Positions 49,652 through 59,561 are shown, numbered from the stretch's first letter. The stretch is 64,000 bases of DNA from Bdellovibrionota bacterium (GCA_044347345.1 JBIKUX010000001.1:17719-81718); one strand, 5' to 3'. Notes: generated by a model from the sequence alone, not told the origin. Translations and numbers: made by a program.

Positions 49652-51247
49652 TTAAAGATTTTCGAGCGAAGTTTCCCGTAATTGTTTAATTAGTTGTGCA
49701 TACCGATTCAGATCTGCTGTAGCAGTCTTTGTCTCTTTTGCTTGCTCAGAAGTATTAATTACCACTTGAGAGGATTCTTTGACCTTATGATTAATCTCCT
49801 GTAGAGACATTTTTACTGTGTTAAATGAATCGACTATTTTTCCTGAGACAACTCTTTGATCCCCAAGTAAGTTATCAATCAAAGCACAAAAACTATTTAC
49901 TTTATCTAGGCCACTACTTATTTGCCGTAAATAGACACTTACTTTGTCGATTTTTTCTTGAACTGCTTGCCTAGTTTTCGAAATTTCATTGACTTCTTGA
50001 GCGGCACCACAAACGATATTTTTTACCTCATTAACTACTACACTAAAGCCTCGACCCAAATCTCCAGCTCGCGCTGCCTCGATACTACCATTAATAGCTA
50101 ATAAATTCGTTTGTTCAATAATATTACCTAGGACTTTTAATGGATTGTCCATTCCATTCTGAGCGCTAGACACAGTGTCAACCAGCGTAAAGCCCTCACC
50201 AGCTACTTTTATAACCTCCAAAATCACCTGCACAGCTTGAGCCATCTTCCGAGTGATATCGCGAATGATTGACTCTGAAAACTCATTCGCTTTTTCACCC
50301 TCAATTATATCTTCCTCTAATTTATCAGGTCTCGGCAATACAGATTTAAGTTGATGTACCGATTGTTCTGCATTAGAAATTAAAGCGCCAGTTAAGACAT
50401 CAACATCTTCTAAAGACTTGCTAAATTGAGTAGCAACTTCAACCAGTTCTTGACTGATTTTTTCTTGATGAGCTTTATAGGAGGTTATATCAGTTAAAAT
50501 CTTAATTATCGAAACTACTCTTCCTTCTTGGTCGCAAACAGCAGAATACAGAGCGCTCACCCATACTTCACGGCCACCTTTTCCTAACCCTAAATATTCT
50601 ACTGCTATATCCCCCTCACCTCTGTTTAACTTTTCCCATAAACGCTTGTAATCAGCAGATTGAGCATACTTAAGCTCACAAAACAAACTATCGTGACGTC
50701 CTCTTACCTCATCAACTGTATAACCAAACATTGAGAGAAACTTGCCATTCGCAGCTCGTACTGTTCCGTCAGGCTCAAACTCTACAATTGGTTGTACTTG
50801 ATTTAATGCTTCTAATTGAGACTTAACACGAGATTCATTAACGACACGCTCAGTAGCATCGTGAGCAAATTCTACAATCTTTGACACTACACCCGTAGCA
50901 TCTCGTACAGGAATATAAATAGATGAAATCCAAACGAGACTTCCGTTTCGTCGGAATCTTTTAATAATTCCCGAGCAGGAATAACCCAAAGCAAGTCTCT
51001 GCCAAAAGTCAGTATACTCTGAGCTCTTCGCATAAGACGATTCATGAAATTGCGCGTGATGCGTATCGATTAATTCTTCCCGACGGTATCCCATTAATTT
51101 TTGAAAAGCTGGACTCAGATCAATAATACGACCGGTAGGGGTAAATTCTATGTAAACTACTTCCTCAGATCGAAGAAGATTGGCAGCTAGGTCGCCCTTT
51201 GGTAACTCGGATGTACCTAACTGCACTATCTGAAGACCATCACTCAT
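49652..51247 (-). CDS. Soluble PAS-PAS methyl-accepting chemotaxis protein (BdlA-like architecture)
   Basis: Two PAS/PAC repeats (IEFTPTG...MGY...FWQRL; VEFEPDG...[11 protein letters not shown]...LWEKL); MCP tip [27 protein letters not shown]; no TM segment. Confidence 0.88.
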   Translation of the reverse strand: MSDGLQIVQLGTSELPKGDLAANLLRSEEVVYIEFTPTGRIIDLSPAFQKLMGYRREELIDTHHAQFHESSYAKSSEYTDFWQRLALGYSCSGIIKRFRRNGSLVWISSIYIPVRDATGVVSKIVEFAHDATERVVNESRVKSQLEALNQVQPIVEFEPDGTVRAANGKFLSMFGYTVDEVRGRHDSLFCELKYAQSADYKRLWEKLNRGEGDIAVEYLGLGKGGREVWVSALYSAVCDQEGRVVSIIKILTDITSYKAHQEKISQELVEVATQFSKSLEDVDVLTGALISNAEQSVHQLKSVLPRPDKLEEDIIEGEKANEFSESIIRDITRKMAQAVQVILEVIKVAGEGFTLVDTVSSAQNGMDNPLKVLGNIIEQTNLLAINGSIEAARAGDLGRGFSVVVNEVKNIVCGAAQEVNEISKTRQAVQEKIDKVSVYLRQISSGLDKVNSFCALIDNLLGDQRVVSGKIVDSFNTVKMSLQEINHKVKESSQVVINTSEQAKETKTATADLNRYAQLIKQLRETSLENL

Positions 51248-51370
51248 ACGGTGGCTCCCATCTTAAAAGCAAAGATTTATATTTTCCCTCTATTAACTTT
51301 CAACCCAGCAGTTAGAAAAACGAGTAGAACAAAACCAAAGAGAGGGGCTCTCGCAATGTAATGATGACGA

Positions 51371-52744
51371 TTAAAGATACGAGGATGCATAGGAAGGAGT
51401 ATCTTCAACTAACGGAAATGCCGCTGAAGGTGGTACTAAGGCAAGCTCTCCGTGTTGAGTTAGGTCAAGCCCCTCAATCTCTTCAGCGGTTGTGATTCTT
51501 AGAGGGCATATACAATTTACTAACTTATAAATTAAATAAGATGCCAAGAATACGGCAGGTAGAGTTATCAGCAACCCTAAAAGATGTGTTAAAAAGAGGG
51601 TTGTCTCTCCTGTTATCAGTCCGCCATTTTTTGCAAATACAGCCGTTAGTAACATCCCGACTATTCCGCCTAACCCATGACAAGAAAAAACATCGAGAGT
51701 ATCATCAAATCCAAAACGCTCTTTGAAATGCACTGCTACATTACTAATAGTGGCCGCTATCAACCCAATAATGACGCTTGCTACCACGGAGACATGTCCC
51801 GCGGCTGGAGTAATTGCAACTAGCCCTACAACGGCTCCTATGCAGGCACCAACAGCACTAACTTTTTTTCCGCGCATTCCCTCTAGACACATCCATACAA
51901 CCAATGCAACAGAAGAGGCCATATGGGTATTTAAGAAAGCAAGAGCCCCTTCACCATTAGCCTTTAAAGAGGAGCCTGCATTAAATCCGAACCAGCCAAA
52001 CCACAAAAGACCAGTTCCAAGAAGTACAAATGGAACATTTGACGGCACCAAAGTTTCCCGGCGTTTATAAGCATTGCGCGGCCCTAATACGAGAGCACCA
52101 GCTAATGCGGCCATTCCGGCAGAGATATGTACTACTGTTCCTCCAGCGTAATCAAGGATACCCCATTTCATAAAAATCCCATCTGGGTGCCAAGTGAGAT
52201 GAGCTAGCGGTGAGTAAACTATAATGGTCCATAAAGCTATAAATAGAAGATAACTTGTGAATTTAATCCGTTCAGCAAAAGCTCCAGTAATTAAAGCCGG
52301 CGTAATTATGGCAAATTTCAACTGAAATAACGCAAAGAGAACAAAAGGAAGAGTTTTACCAAGCTCAGAGTGCGGAGATGCACCCACATGATGAAACATT
52401 AAATAAGTAAAAGGATTTCCAAAAAGCCCACCAATTGAGTCGCCAAACGCAAGACTAAATCCTACGACGAGCCAAACAATACTTACTACTCCGACAGCAG
52501 CAAAGCTTTGAAACAACGTGGATACAACATTTTTTGCGTTAACCATCCCCGCATAAAAAAAACCCAAACCCGGTGTCATAAGTAGCACTAATCCAGATGC
52601 TCCCAACATCCAAGCCGTATCAGCTCCATTAATTTCACCATTAACTAATAAATTTGCTGTTTCATTTGCACGAAAGCCATCAAGCCCGATACAGCAGATA
52701 GCTAAAAGTAAAAATCCCCATCCGAACTTCTGTTGCACAAACAC
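51371..52744 (-). CDS. amtB: Ammonium transporter
   Basis: DTAWML, LMTPGLGFFYAG, DYAGGTVVH, LWFGWFGFNAGS, GLVAITP, DDTLDVFSCHG, GLD; twin His retained. Confidence 0.95.
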   Translation of the reverse strand: MFVQQKFGWGFLLLAICCIGLDGFRANETANLLVNGEINGADTAWMLGASGLVLLMTPGLGFFYAGMVNAKNVVSTLFQSFAAVGVVSIVWLVVGFSLAFGDSIGGLFGNPFTYLMFHHVGASPHSELGKTLPFVLFALFQLKFAIITPALITGAFAERIKFTSYLLFIALWTIIVYSPLAHLTWHPDGIFMKWGILDYAGGTVVHISAGMAALAGALVLGPRNAYKRRETLVPSNVPFVLLGTGLLWFGWFGFNAGSSLKANGEGALAFLNTHMASSVALVVWMCLEGMRGKKVSAVGACIGAVVGLVAITPAAGHVSVVASVIIGLIAATISNVAVHFKERFGFDDTLDVFSCHGLGGIVGMLLTAVFAKNGGLITGETTLFLTHLLGLLITLPAVFLASYLIYKLVNCICPLRITTAEEIEGLDLTQHGELALVPPSAAFPLVEDTPSYASSYL

Positions 52745-52923
52745 CTCACAGATAATTTTTATTTTTAAATTTTGAGTATCGAAATGCTGGTATTAAATTG
52801 GTTCTCTAGCACCATAATTTCTCTTTGAGTAGCCCTAAAAGCGCTTTGCTAACGTTGCCTCACAGTATTTTACTCGCTAACCTAGAGCTGTATTAATTGT
52901 AAAGGCAGTTTTTCGGTTCAACT

Positions 52924-53487
52924 ATGGCAATTAAAGCTACAACTATTCGGAAAGGTAAAGTAATTCTTCACAACAATGCTCCGCAGCGTGTTTTAGAGTT
53001 TCAGCATCTCACTCCTGGCAATTTACATGCTTATGTAGCAGTAAAATTACGAAATCTTCTATCAGGCAATCAAACGGAAACACGGTTTAATGCCGATGAA
53101 AAAATCGAAGAGGCGGATGTTCATGTAACAAAGGCAACTTTTCTTTATCAAGACTCCGAAGGCTATCATTTTATGACTAGCGAGACATATGAGCAATACG
53201 CTGTCTCAGCAGAAATTATGGGAGATGCTGTCTACTATCTTCAAGATGAAATGGAGGTTGGCCTCACTACTTTTAATGGCGATCCCATAGGAATTGAGCT
53301 TCCTCAAACAGTAATACTGACTATAGCTGATACGGAACCAGAGTTAAGAGGTGCTACGGCTAGTAATTCTCCAAAACCAGCTAAGACCACAAGTGGTCTT
53401 AGCTTATCTGTTCCACCATTTGTAAAAATTGGTGATCGAATAGTAGTTAATACCGAAGAGGGAACTTACGTAAAACGAGCTGAGTAA
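52924..53487 (+). CDS. efp: Translation elongation factor P (Asn at the loop tip)
   Basis: QHLTPGN, KLRNL, FLYQD, FMTSETYEQ, TEPELRGATA, KPAKT, VPPFVKIGD, GTYVKRA. Confidence 0.95.
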   Translation: MAIKATTIRKGKVILHNNAPQRVLEFQHLTPGNLHAYVAVKLRNLLSGNQTETRFNADEKIEEADVHVTKATFLYQDSEGYHFMTSETYEQYAVSAEIMGDAVYYLQDEMEVGLTTFNGDPIGIELPQTVILTIADTEPELRGATASNSPKPAKTTSGLSLSVPPFVKIGDRIVVNTEEGTYVKRAE

Positions 53488-53623
53488 GGCTGTATCAATT
53501 AAAGGCGATTAAGGGATGATAACGAGAAAATACTCGCCCAACTTATGCTTTTTAATCAGAGCTGGCCTCTTAGGACTCTCTAACCAACGGGAGTCCCTAA
53601 CCAATTTATATTTCTGCTTTATA

Positions 53624-54964
53624 TTACTGCGAGGCTACCTCTGTCCTATAGAAAGCATTAACTGGAACCGGATAAATAGAACCGCTTTCGCTAGCTCTGA
53701 ATAGAGAGTGATCAACAATTACTAAAAGCTGGCTCCCTAATGATGAAGTGCGTCCAATTTGCACAATCTCACCGGTCATGGCCAAGCTAATAGGGTCTAA
53801 ATGGGCTTCAGTCAGTCTCCAATGCATTATGTCACCATCACGTCCAACGGTGAAAACAGAACCATCTTTATCATCAACTGCTAAATCATATATTAAACTT
53901 TTATGAGCTTGAACTTGTGCAATTTTTTTCATGCCTCTTGTTCGCCATACTTCAACTAAGCCGGAAGTTCTCGCTATCCAGAGAAATTCACCCTGTGGAT
54001 CTAGAGATGCCTCAACCACACCCCCTTCTGTAGAAGAAGCAGGAGACGGCATGCCGGCAGAAAACTTAGTTGGGGTATCAGTGAAATACCGACCAGAAAA
54101 AATATTGCGGTCATAAATTCCGCCATGTAGGTCAGCATCGTATGTTTGCCATAGATTGAAAGCTCCGCCTAAATCACCCGAAAAAAAAGCCTTGGCGAAT
54201 GGATGAAAAATCACAGAACTAACTACACTATTATGGCTTACGTACCTCTCCAAAGTTCGCTTCTTTGCACTGAGCGAGTGTACCGCTCGCTCGCGTTTAA
54301 AAAGCCACCGATAAATCTTACCATCAGAGGCACCCACTAAAAGAGACTCTTCGTCTGGGCTGAATCCAAGTGCAGTTACCCTCGCTGATACTGGAGGTAA
54401 ACGCTGACTAACTTCAAAGTTAACATCACCCTTTCTCGTAAAAAGGTTTACCTCTAACGTAGAAGATACCGCGAGAAATGTACCATTAACTGAAAGAGCA
54501 CAACGGCTGATACTAGAATTTAACTTAGTTATCAAACGAACATCGATATCGTCGTTAAAATTTTCATCCAGATTCCAAATACGAATTGAGCCATCTTTAT
54601 GACACGATAAGATGGTGTTTTTTTTGAGGTGCTTAACATCTGGGGCTTTGTCTTTAAACATCTTCCCACCAGTGATGATGTTTGTGCTATTTGTGCCTAT
54701 CCTATCTCTTGGGATAGCCCACAAACTCACTATCTGGCTAAACTCATGGTTGATATGGTTCTTGATAAAGCTCGTATCACGCTTTATCACTGTATTATCT
54801 AAAATCACTGTGTTATCTAAAGAACCTCTATCAAAAATTCTATTTTTTAAGTCATCTGAATCTGCCAAGGAATCTGTGGTGGCCCAAAAAACCATCTCTG
54901 CCAAAAAAGAAGTGGCACAGCACAAAAGCAGGCGAAAAATGGTGTTTTTTACAGATATCCTCAC
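53624..54964 (-). CDS. Exported WD40 beta-propeller protein
   Basis: Repeated WD-like units (DGSIRIWN, SDGKIYRW, HNSVVSSVIFHP, AHKSLIYDLAV, RDGDIMHW); signal-like N-terminus. Confidence 0.8.
   Translation of the reverse strand: MRISVKNTIFRLLLCCATSFLAEMVFWATTDSLADSDDLKNRIFDRGSLDNTVILDNTVIKRDTSFIKNHINHEFSQIVSLWAIPRDRIGTNSTNIITGGKMFKDKAPDVKHLKKNTILSCHKDGSIRIWNLDENFNDDIDVRLITKLNSSISRCALSVNGTFLAVSSTLEVNLFTRKGDVNFEVSQRLPPVSARVTALGFSPDEESLLVGASDGKIYRWLFKRERAVHSLSAKKRTLERYVSHNSVVSSVIFHPFAKAFFSGDLGGAFNLWQTYDADLHGGIYDRNIFSGRYFTDTPTKFSAGMPSPASSTEGGVVEASLDPQGEFLWIARTSGLVEVWRTRGMKKIAQVQAHKSLIYDLAVDDKDGSVFTVGRDGDIMHWRLTEAHLDPISLAMTGEIVQIGRTSSLGSQLLVIVDHSLFRASESGSIYPVPVNAFYRTEVASQ
54786..54821. repeat. In-frame 18-bp tandem duplication
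   Basis: ATCACTGTATTATCTAAA / ATCACTGTGTTATCTAAA, encoding LDNTVI twice. Confidence 0.8.
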
Positions 54965-55247
54965 TAAGACATTCCTTCTCTCAAGTATTCCTTAATCTAA
55001 GGCTCACTCGGGTACTTGCCTTTTACTAGGGTGAGGGTATCTTTATGTGACGCTGATTACCAGCGGTTCACATTAGTTATAAAGATTAATTTTTAGGAAA
55101 TTATATACTAAGATATTCTGAAGCTTAGCATTCGTAGTCGCGCCAAACAGTAAAATTACATGGGTTATAAATAGACTACAGGTGGTTTCAGGATAAAACT
55201 CTGGTAAAGCTATGGTGAGATTATGAAGACTTAGTGATACACTTAGG

Positions 55248-55329
55248 AAGTAATAAACCCAAGTAAGTAATAAACCCAAGTAAGTGGTAATCTGACTAAG
55301 TAGTAATCCGAGTAAGTGGTAATCCGGGG
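55248..55329. repeat. Degenerate 16-17 bp tandem repeat x5
   Basis: AAGTAATAAACCCAAGT x2, then AAGTGGTAATCTGACT, AAGTAGTAATCCGAGT, AAGTGGTAATCCGGGG. Confidence 0.85.
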
Positions 55330-55378
55330 ATAGGTCTTAAAAGGCCTCGTATTTTAGGTACGTACGGTATGTACGCCC

Positions 55379-55408
55379 CAGAGACTAAGTAAACAGAGAC
55401 TAAGTAAG
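55379..55408. repeat. 15-bp tandem repeat x2
   Basis: CAGAGACTAAGTAAA / CAGAGACTAAGTAAG. Confidence 0.8.
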
Positions 55409-55490
55409 CCCTGCAGAGAGTTTATCCTTGTAGGCTACTAGGTAGTTTTACTAGACCCTGTAGGTTACATAAACTGAGCTAGACGCACTC

Positions 55491-55538
55491 TTCTTAGAGG
55501 GAGGTTTTCTTAGAGGACGGGCTTCTTAAAGGACGGGT
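55491..55538. repeat. 16-bp tandem repeat x3
   Basis: TTCTTAGAGGGAGGTT / TTCTTAGAGGACGGGC / TTCTTAAAGGACGGGT. Confidence 0.85.
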
Positions 55539-55598
55539 TGCCGTTGGGTAAAGGCCAAATAAAAATCAAAACATACTCTTTTAAAAAAAGGCTTAGTA

Positions 55599-57611
55599 AT
55601 GCAAGAGGAATCAAAAAATCTAAACGAAAACAACGACAGTCACACTGACAAGTCAGAATACTTTTTTCGCCTCACTGGAAGCGCCGTAGCCTCAGATTTA
55701 GCTTCTAAACTCAAACTTACAGAGCCGTTTCCTGTAGGCGAAGAATTCTTTTCTCAATGTTATTCAGGAAGGGATTCAGTTTTTATCAACCCAAATGAAA
55801 CAGTATTTCCTGCTCTAATTGGGACTTTTTTAGCCAGTGTCAAGGAACGAGATAGCCGTCGACGAGTCGCTATTGTGGTGGCTGACACTACCGAACCGGG
55901 AGAAATTAGAAATATCTTAAAGAAAGGGGGGTTAACATGTGACCCAGTTACCGACATCGAACTTACAGGTAGCGGTTACACCGGTGATGTAATTGTTGGA
56001 ACACCTCAAGAGACTCATTTATTTTTTCAAAGCGAGGCATCAAGAGCTACCGACATCGGCAAAGTTATCATAGTAGGAATTACTCCTGAAATGAGAGTAA
56101 CCCTAGATGCAGTTCTTGAAATCGCCTCAAAAAGAGCCAAAAGACCTCAGTTCATTAGCATGACTTCTAGCCGCTCGAGTGAGGTAGAGGCTCTCACCGT
56201 TAGGTACTTTCAACTTCCGCGAGATTCACTCACTCACGTTCAGTTTGAGCTTGAGGGAGATGTTCTTGCTAAGCCCAATGCTTTGGCAGCTCTTCTCGAA
56301 TCTGAGGGAAGATGTCCAACTCTCGTTTTTTGCAACCAGCCATCAGATGCAGATTTTATAGAGGTACTACTCAAAAAAGCTGGCCTTACAGCCACAAAGC
56401 TTATCGGTAATGCTCCAGCTTCAAAGGTTCAGCAAGCTCTAAGCAGAGTCCTTTCAGGACAAACTGTTGCTCTTATAGCGACTGATGTAGCAGCTAGACT
56501 AATTGACCCTCACGAATTTGAACTAATCGTCAACTATTCGATTCCAAGTGACCCTGAGATATACATTCATAGAACAGAAAGTTCAGGAACAGGGCAATCC
56601 CTCAGAAAAATAGTCAATCTAGTTGGCCCACTTGATAGGGCTAATTTCCATTACATTAAAAAAGTAGTTGAAGCTAACTTCATAGAAGGAAATCTTCCTC
56701 CCGCAGAAGCTGTCTTGGGAGCCAGAGTTGGACAACTTAGAAAACGTGCTCTTGAAGCTGCTCCTCTCATATCATCAGAACTTCAAAAAATAGCTGAACT
56801 TGTCGATCAAGGTGGAAGCCGTACCGAAATTATAGCTTATCTACTATCTCTTGAGGTGGAGCATTCTGAAACATCTCAACAATTCAGAAGCTCAGAAGAC
56901 GATATATCTCACGACCGTAATCGAGATCGCGACCAACGTAGTGGTAGTGGTGCCGGAGCTGGTCGGCGAGATCGTGACCGCAATAGCGGTGGAAGTAATG
57001 ACCGTGGCAGAGAAGGCAGAGGAGACGGACACAGTCAAAGCCGAGGTCGTGATAGAACCAACCGCCGCCATGATAGTAACGACAGAGACAGTAGTGACAG
57101 GTTTGATAATTACAGCGACCGAGATCAACTGCGTGGTGAAAGAGGTAGTCAGGCTCGAGACAATGAAGAAAATCAAAAGAAACCTGAACCAGTTCCTACC
57201 GTTTCTATAGCTCGACTTTATGTTGAATCATCAGGATCATCTAAACTATCTGAAGCTCAACTAAGAGAGGCTATTAATTCTGTAGACCCAGAACTAAATA
57301 AAAACATAATAAGAGTAAGCTCACGCCAAAATTACACCTTTTTAGATGTTCTAGAGTCAACAACAGATAGAATTCAGACTATCCTTGAGCAAACTAAATT
57401 TGGAAAAAATGAATCTCTGGGAGTACTCAAAGCTTTAAGCCTTTCTGTTCCAACAGACCGTCCTTCAGAAGATAAAGAAGTCTCTCAATCAAACTCCAAT
57501 TTAACTGACACTAACAGCGATATCAGCGATAATGATAATAAAGAGGCTCAAGACAGTCAGCCTCAGGGGTCACCCTCTGTAGTTGATTTTGATGAAATCG
57601 CGCATGCCTAA
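55599..57611 (+). CDS. DeaD/CsdA-like DEAD-box-fold protein with DbpA-type RNA-binding domain, ATPase motifs lost
   Basis: Retains VIVGTP, LVFCN, ATDVAARLID, VNYSIPSDPEIYIHR, an RG/RD-rich linker and C-terminal ARLYV...YTFLDV; lacks the Q motif, GKT, DEAD, SAT and GRTGR. Confidence 0.82.
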   Translation: MQEESKNLNENNDSHTDKSEYFFRLTGSAVASDLASKLKLTEPFPVGEEFFSQCYSGRDSVFINPNETVFPALIGTFLASVKERDSRRRVAIVVADTTEPGEIRNILKKGGLTCDPVTDIELTGSGYTGDVIVGTPQETHLFFQSEASRATDIGKVIIVGITPEMRVTLDAVLEIASKRAKRPQFISMTSSRSSEVEALTVRYFQLPRDSLTHVQFELEGDVLAKPNALAALLESEGRCPTLVFCNQPSDADFIEVLLKKAGLTATKLIGNAPASKVQQALSRVLSGQTVALIATDVAARLIDPHEFELIVNYSIPSDPEIYIHRTESSGTGQSLRKIVNLVGPLDRANFHYIKKVVEANFIEGNLPPAEAVLGARVGQLRKRALEAAPLISSELQKIAELVDQGGSRTEIIAYLLSLEVEHSETSQQFRSSEDDISHDRNRDRDQRSGSGAGAGRRDRDRNSGGSNDRGREGRGDGHSQSRGRDRTNRRHDSNDRDSSDRFDNYSDRDQLRGERGSQARDNEENQKKPEPVPTVSIARLYVESSGSSKLSEAQLREAINSVDPELNKNIIRVSSRQNYTFLDVLESTTDRIQTILEQTKFGKNESLGVLKALSLSVPTDRPSEDKEVSQSNSNLTDTNSDISDNDNKEAQDSQPQGSPSVVDFDEIAHA

Positions 57612-57799
57612 AAAATAAAAAAGATCAAACCGCCTAACTCAATTAAATAACAAAAATAATAACTGAGCTTAGATGCGGTTTGATCAATTATTAATTGCAA
57701 AATATTCAAGCTATAAAACTTTTTGCCTTTCAAGAACTATCCACAAAGTTTGCATTAAAAGTCAAAAATCACTGGTTAGAAATCTACAGGAGAATTTTT

Positions 57800-59560
57800 T
57801 TGAGAGGATTAACTAATAATCTATCATTAAAGATATTTTTACTTTCCTGCCTCATTTTAACAGGCACAGTAATACCCATCATAAAATATTGTGAGTTACT
57901 AAATAATTTTGCTATCAATATCCCGGCTTGGGATGACTTTGATTCTACCCTCAATTTTCTTTTAGATTTTCAGTCCGCTCCTGATGTCCAAACAAAAGTA
58001 TCCTTAATTCTCAGTCAGCATAACGAGCATAGGATCATCCTAAATAGGCTTATTTCTTTAGTTCAATATTGGCTCTACGGATCGGTAAATTTTAGATGGC
58101 AAGTCATTTTTGGAAATGTTGCGCTAATCATTTGGTTTTTGGTAGCATATCGGGTTCTTCGCAGAGTAACTGATTCATCGAAAACAGAGAATAATTTTCT
58201 TCTTCCCTCTTTTCTTCTTTTACCAACATATCCTTTTTTGCTTCAACCTCAATACGGCGACGGTATGCTGTGGTCTTCAACAGTGATCGGCAGTTTTTGG
58301 TCTATTGCACTCGCTATACTAGTTTTGCATCTACTAAAGGTAAAATTTTGGCATGCGTGCTTGTTGATGCCATTAGCTGTATTTACTCAAGGTAACGGTG
58401 TCGTACTACCTATTTGCGGTGCATGTAGCTTAGCTCTCAGTAAAAGATGGCGCGAGCTAGGGTGGTGGATACTTATAACTATCTTTGCGCTTGGCCTATA
58501 TTTTAACGGCTATAAATCTCCTGTTGGTCATCCTTCGCCAATCAATGCTCTTATGCATCTAGAGCGTACTAGCAGTTACTTTCTAGCTTTCATAGGCTCT
58601 GGTTTAGGATTCAGCAATCTTTTATTATCTCAGATTTACGGTAGCCTAGTTTTAATCATCTTTATCTATTGTTTTATCTTCAGAGCCGACAAACGAGCCC
58701 CGGAGTTATTCTTCACCGTTGTATTTTTACTAGGTACAGCGGGAGTAAACTCTCTTTCACGAGCAGAATTTGGCTCTAGCTATGCTATTCACCAAGATAG
58801 ATACCGTTTTATCTCATGTGCCTTAACGGCCACTACTTATCTTTTAATCATCTCATTACAATCAGCAAAATTACGTAAAGTTACCACATTAGTGGTACTA
58901 CCACTATCAATAGCTTTCTGTTGGAAGAGTTATGACACTTACAGCTGGCGCTTAAGATTATTTCACACCGATTATCTAGTTTCAGATTTATTTGAATGGT
59001 GCTTCGGCGGATCGAAACTAACCTATCCTTGGTCTGATCGCTCTGAGCCTATAATTAATAGGAGTCTACAGTCTGGAATATATACAATTCCTGAATCATC
59101 ACTAAGTGTTCAAGCTGCTAAGCATGAAATAAATATCTCGCTGGTAAAGCCACCAAAACTAGCCACAGCTATAGACCGTGTTTTTACCACACCTAAATAT
59201 TTTATCGTGTCAGGATGGGCATATAAGTCTAAGCTTCGCCCAGATAAGAGTACTATTCTTATCGCCATACAATCACCATCACAGGCATATCAAAAAGAAG
59301 ATGTTCAAACGGTTAATCAAATCTTTAAACCCATGCGAGTAATTCGCCCAGACGTAAAAGAACATTTTAAACGTACCTATCATGACAAAACTGGCTTTGT
59401 AGCTGTTATTCCGAGGCACTTAGTTTTAGCAGACTCAGTGATGCGAGTAATAGTTGCAGACTCTAAAAACTCTGTGGCATCTACACTTACTGTAAAACTT
59501 AACTCATCAGAACCAGATATCAATAGACCATCTAATCTTAGATGTTTTATTGAAAGCTAA
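57800..59560 (+). CDS. Polytopic membrane protein, GT-C glycosyltransferase-like
   Basis: About 10 TM segments; IPAWDDFD and QHNEHRI in the first loop; soluble C-terminal domain; AGGAG RBS 7 nt before TTG at 57800. Confidence 0.6.
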   Translation: MRGLTNNLSLKIFLLSCLILTGTVIPIIKYCELLNNFAINIPAWDDFDSTLNFLLDFQSAPDVQTKVSLILSQHNEHRIILNRLISLVQYWLYGSVNFRWQVIFGNVALIIWFLVAYRVLRRVTDSSKTENNFLLPSFLLLPTYPFLLQPQYGDGMLWSSTVIGSFWSIALAILVLHLLKVKFWHACLLMPLAVFTQGNGVVLPICGACSLALSKRWRELGWWILITIFALGLYFNGYKSPVGHPSPINALMHLERTSSYFLAFIGSGLGFSNLLLSQIYGSLVLIIFIYCFIFRADKRAPELFFTVVFLLGTAGVNSLSRAEFGSSYAIHQDRYRFISCALTATTYLLIISLQSAKLRKVTTLVVLPLSIAFCWKSYDTYSWRLRLFHTDYLVSDLFEWCFGGSKLTYPWSDRSEPIINRSLQSGIYTIPESSLSVQAAKHEINISLVKPPKLATAIDRVFTTPKYFIVSGWAYKSKLRPDKSTILIAIQSPSQAYQKEDVQTVNQIFKPMRVIRPDVKEHFKRTYHDKTGFVAVIPRHLVLADSVMRVIVADSKNSVASTLTVKLNSSEPDINRPSNLRCFIES

Positions 59561-59561
59561 T

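Noticed and set aside
51371-52744. amtB without adjacent glnK as a novelty
   Set aside because: Unlinked amt genes are common and the transporter motifs are canonical
55046-55072. CRP site TGTGA...TCACA
   Set aside because: Spacer is 17 bp rather than 6; better explained as a hairpin
55248-55538. CRISPR array in the repeat-rich intergenic region
   Set aside because: Units are 15-17 bp and directly adjacent, with no unique spacers, and there are no cas genes in the window
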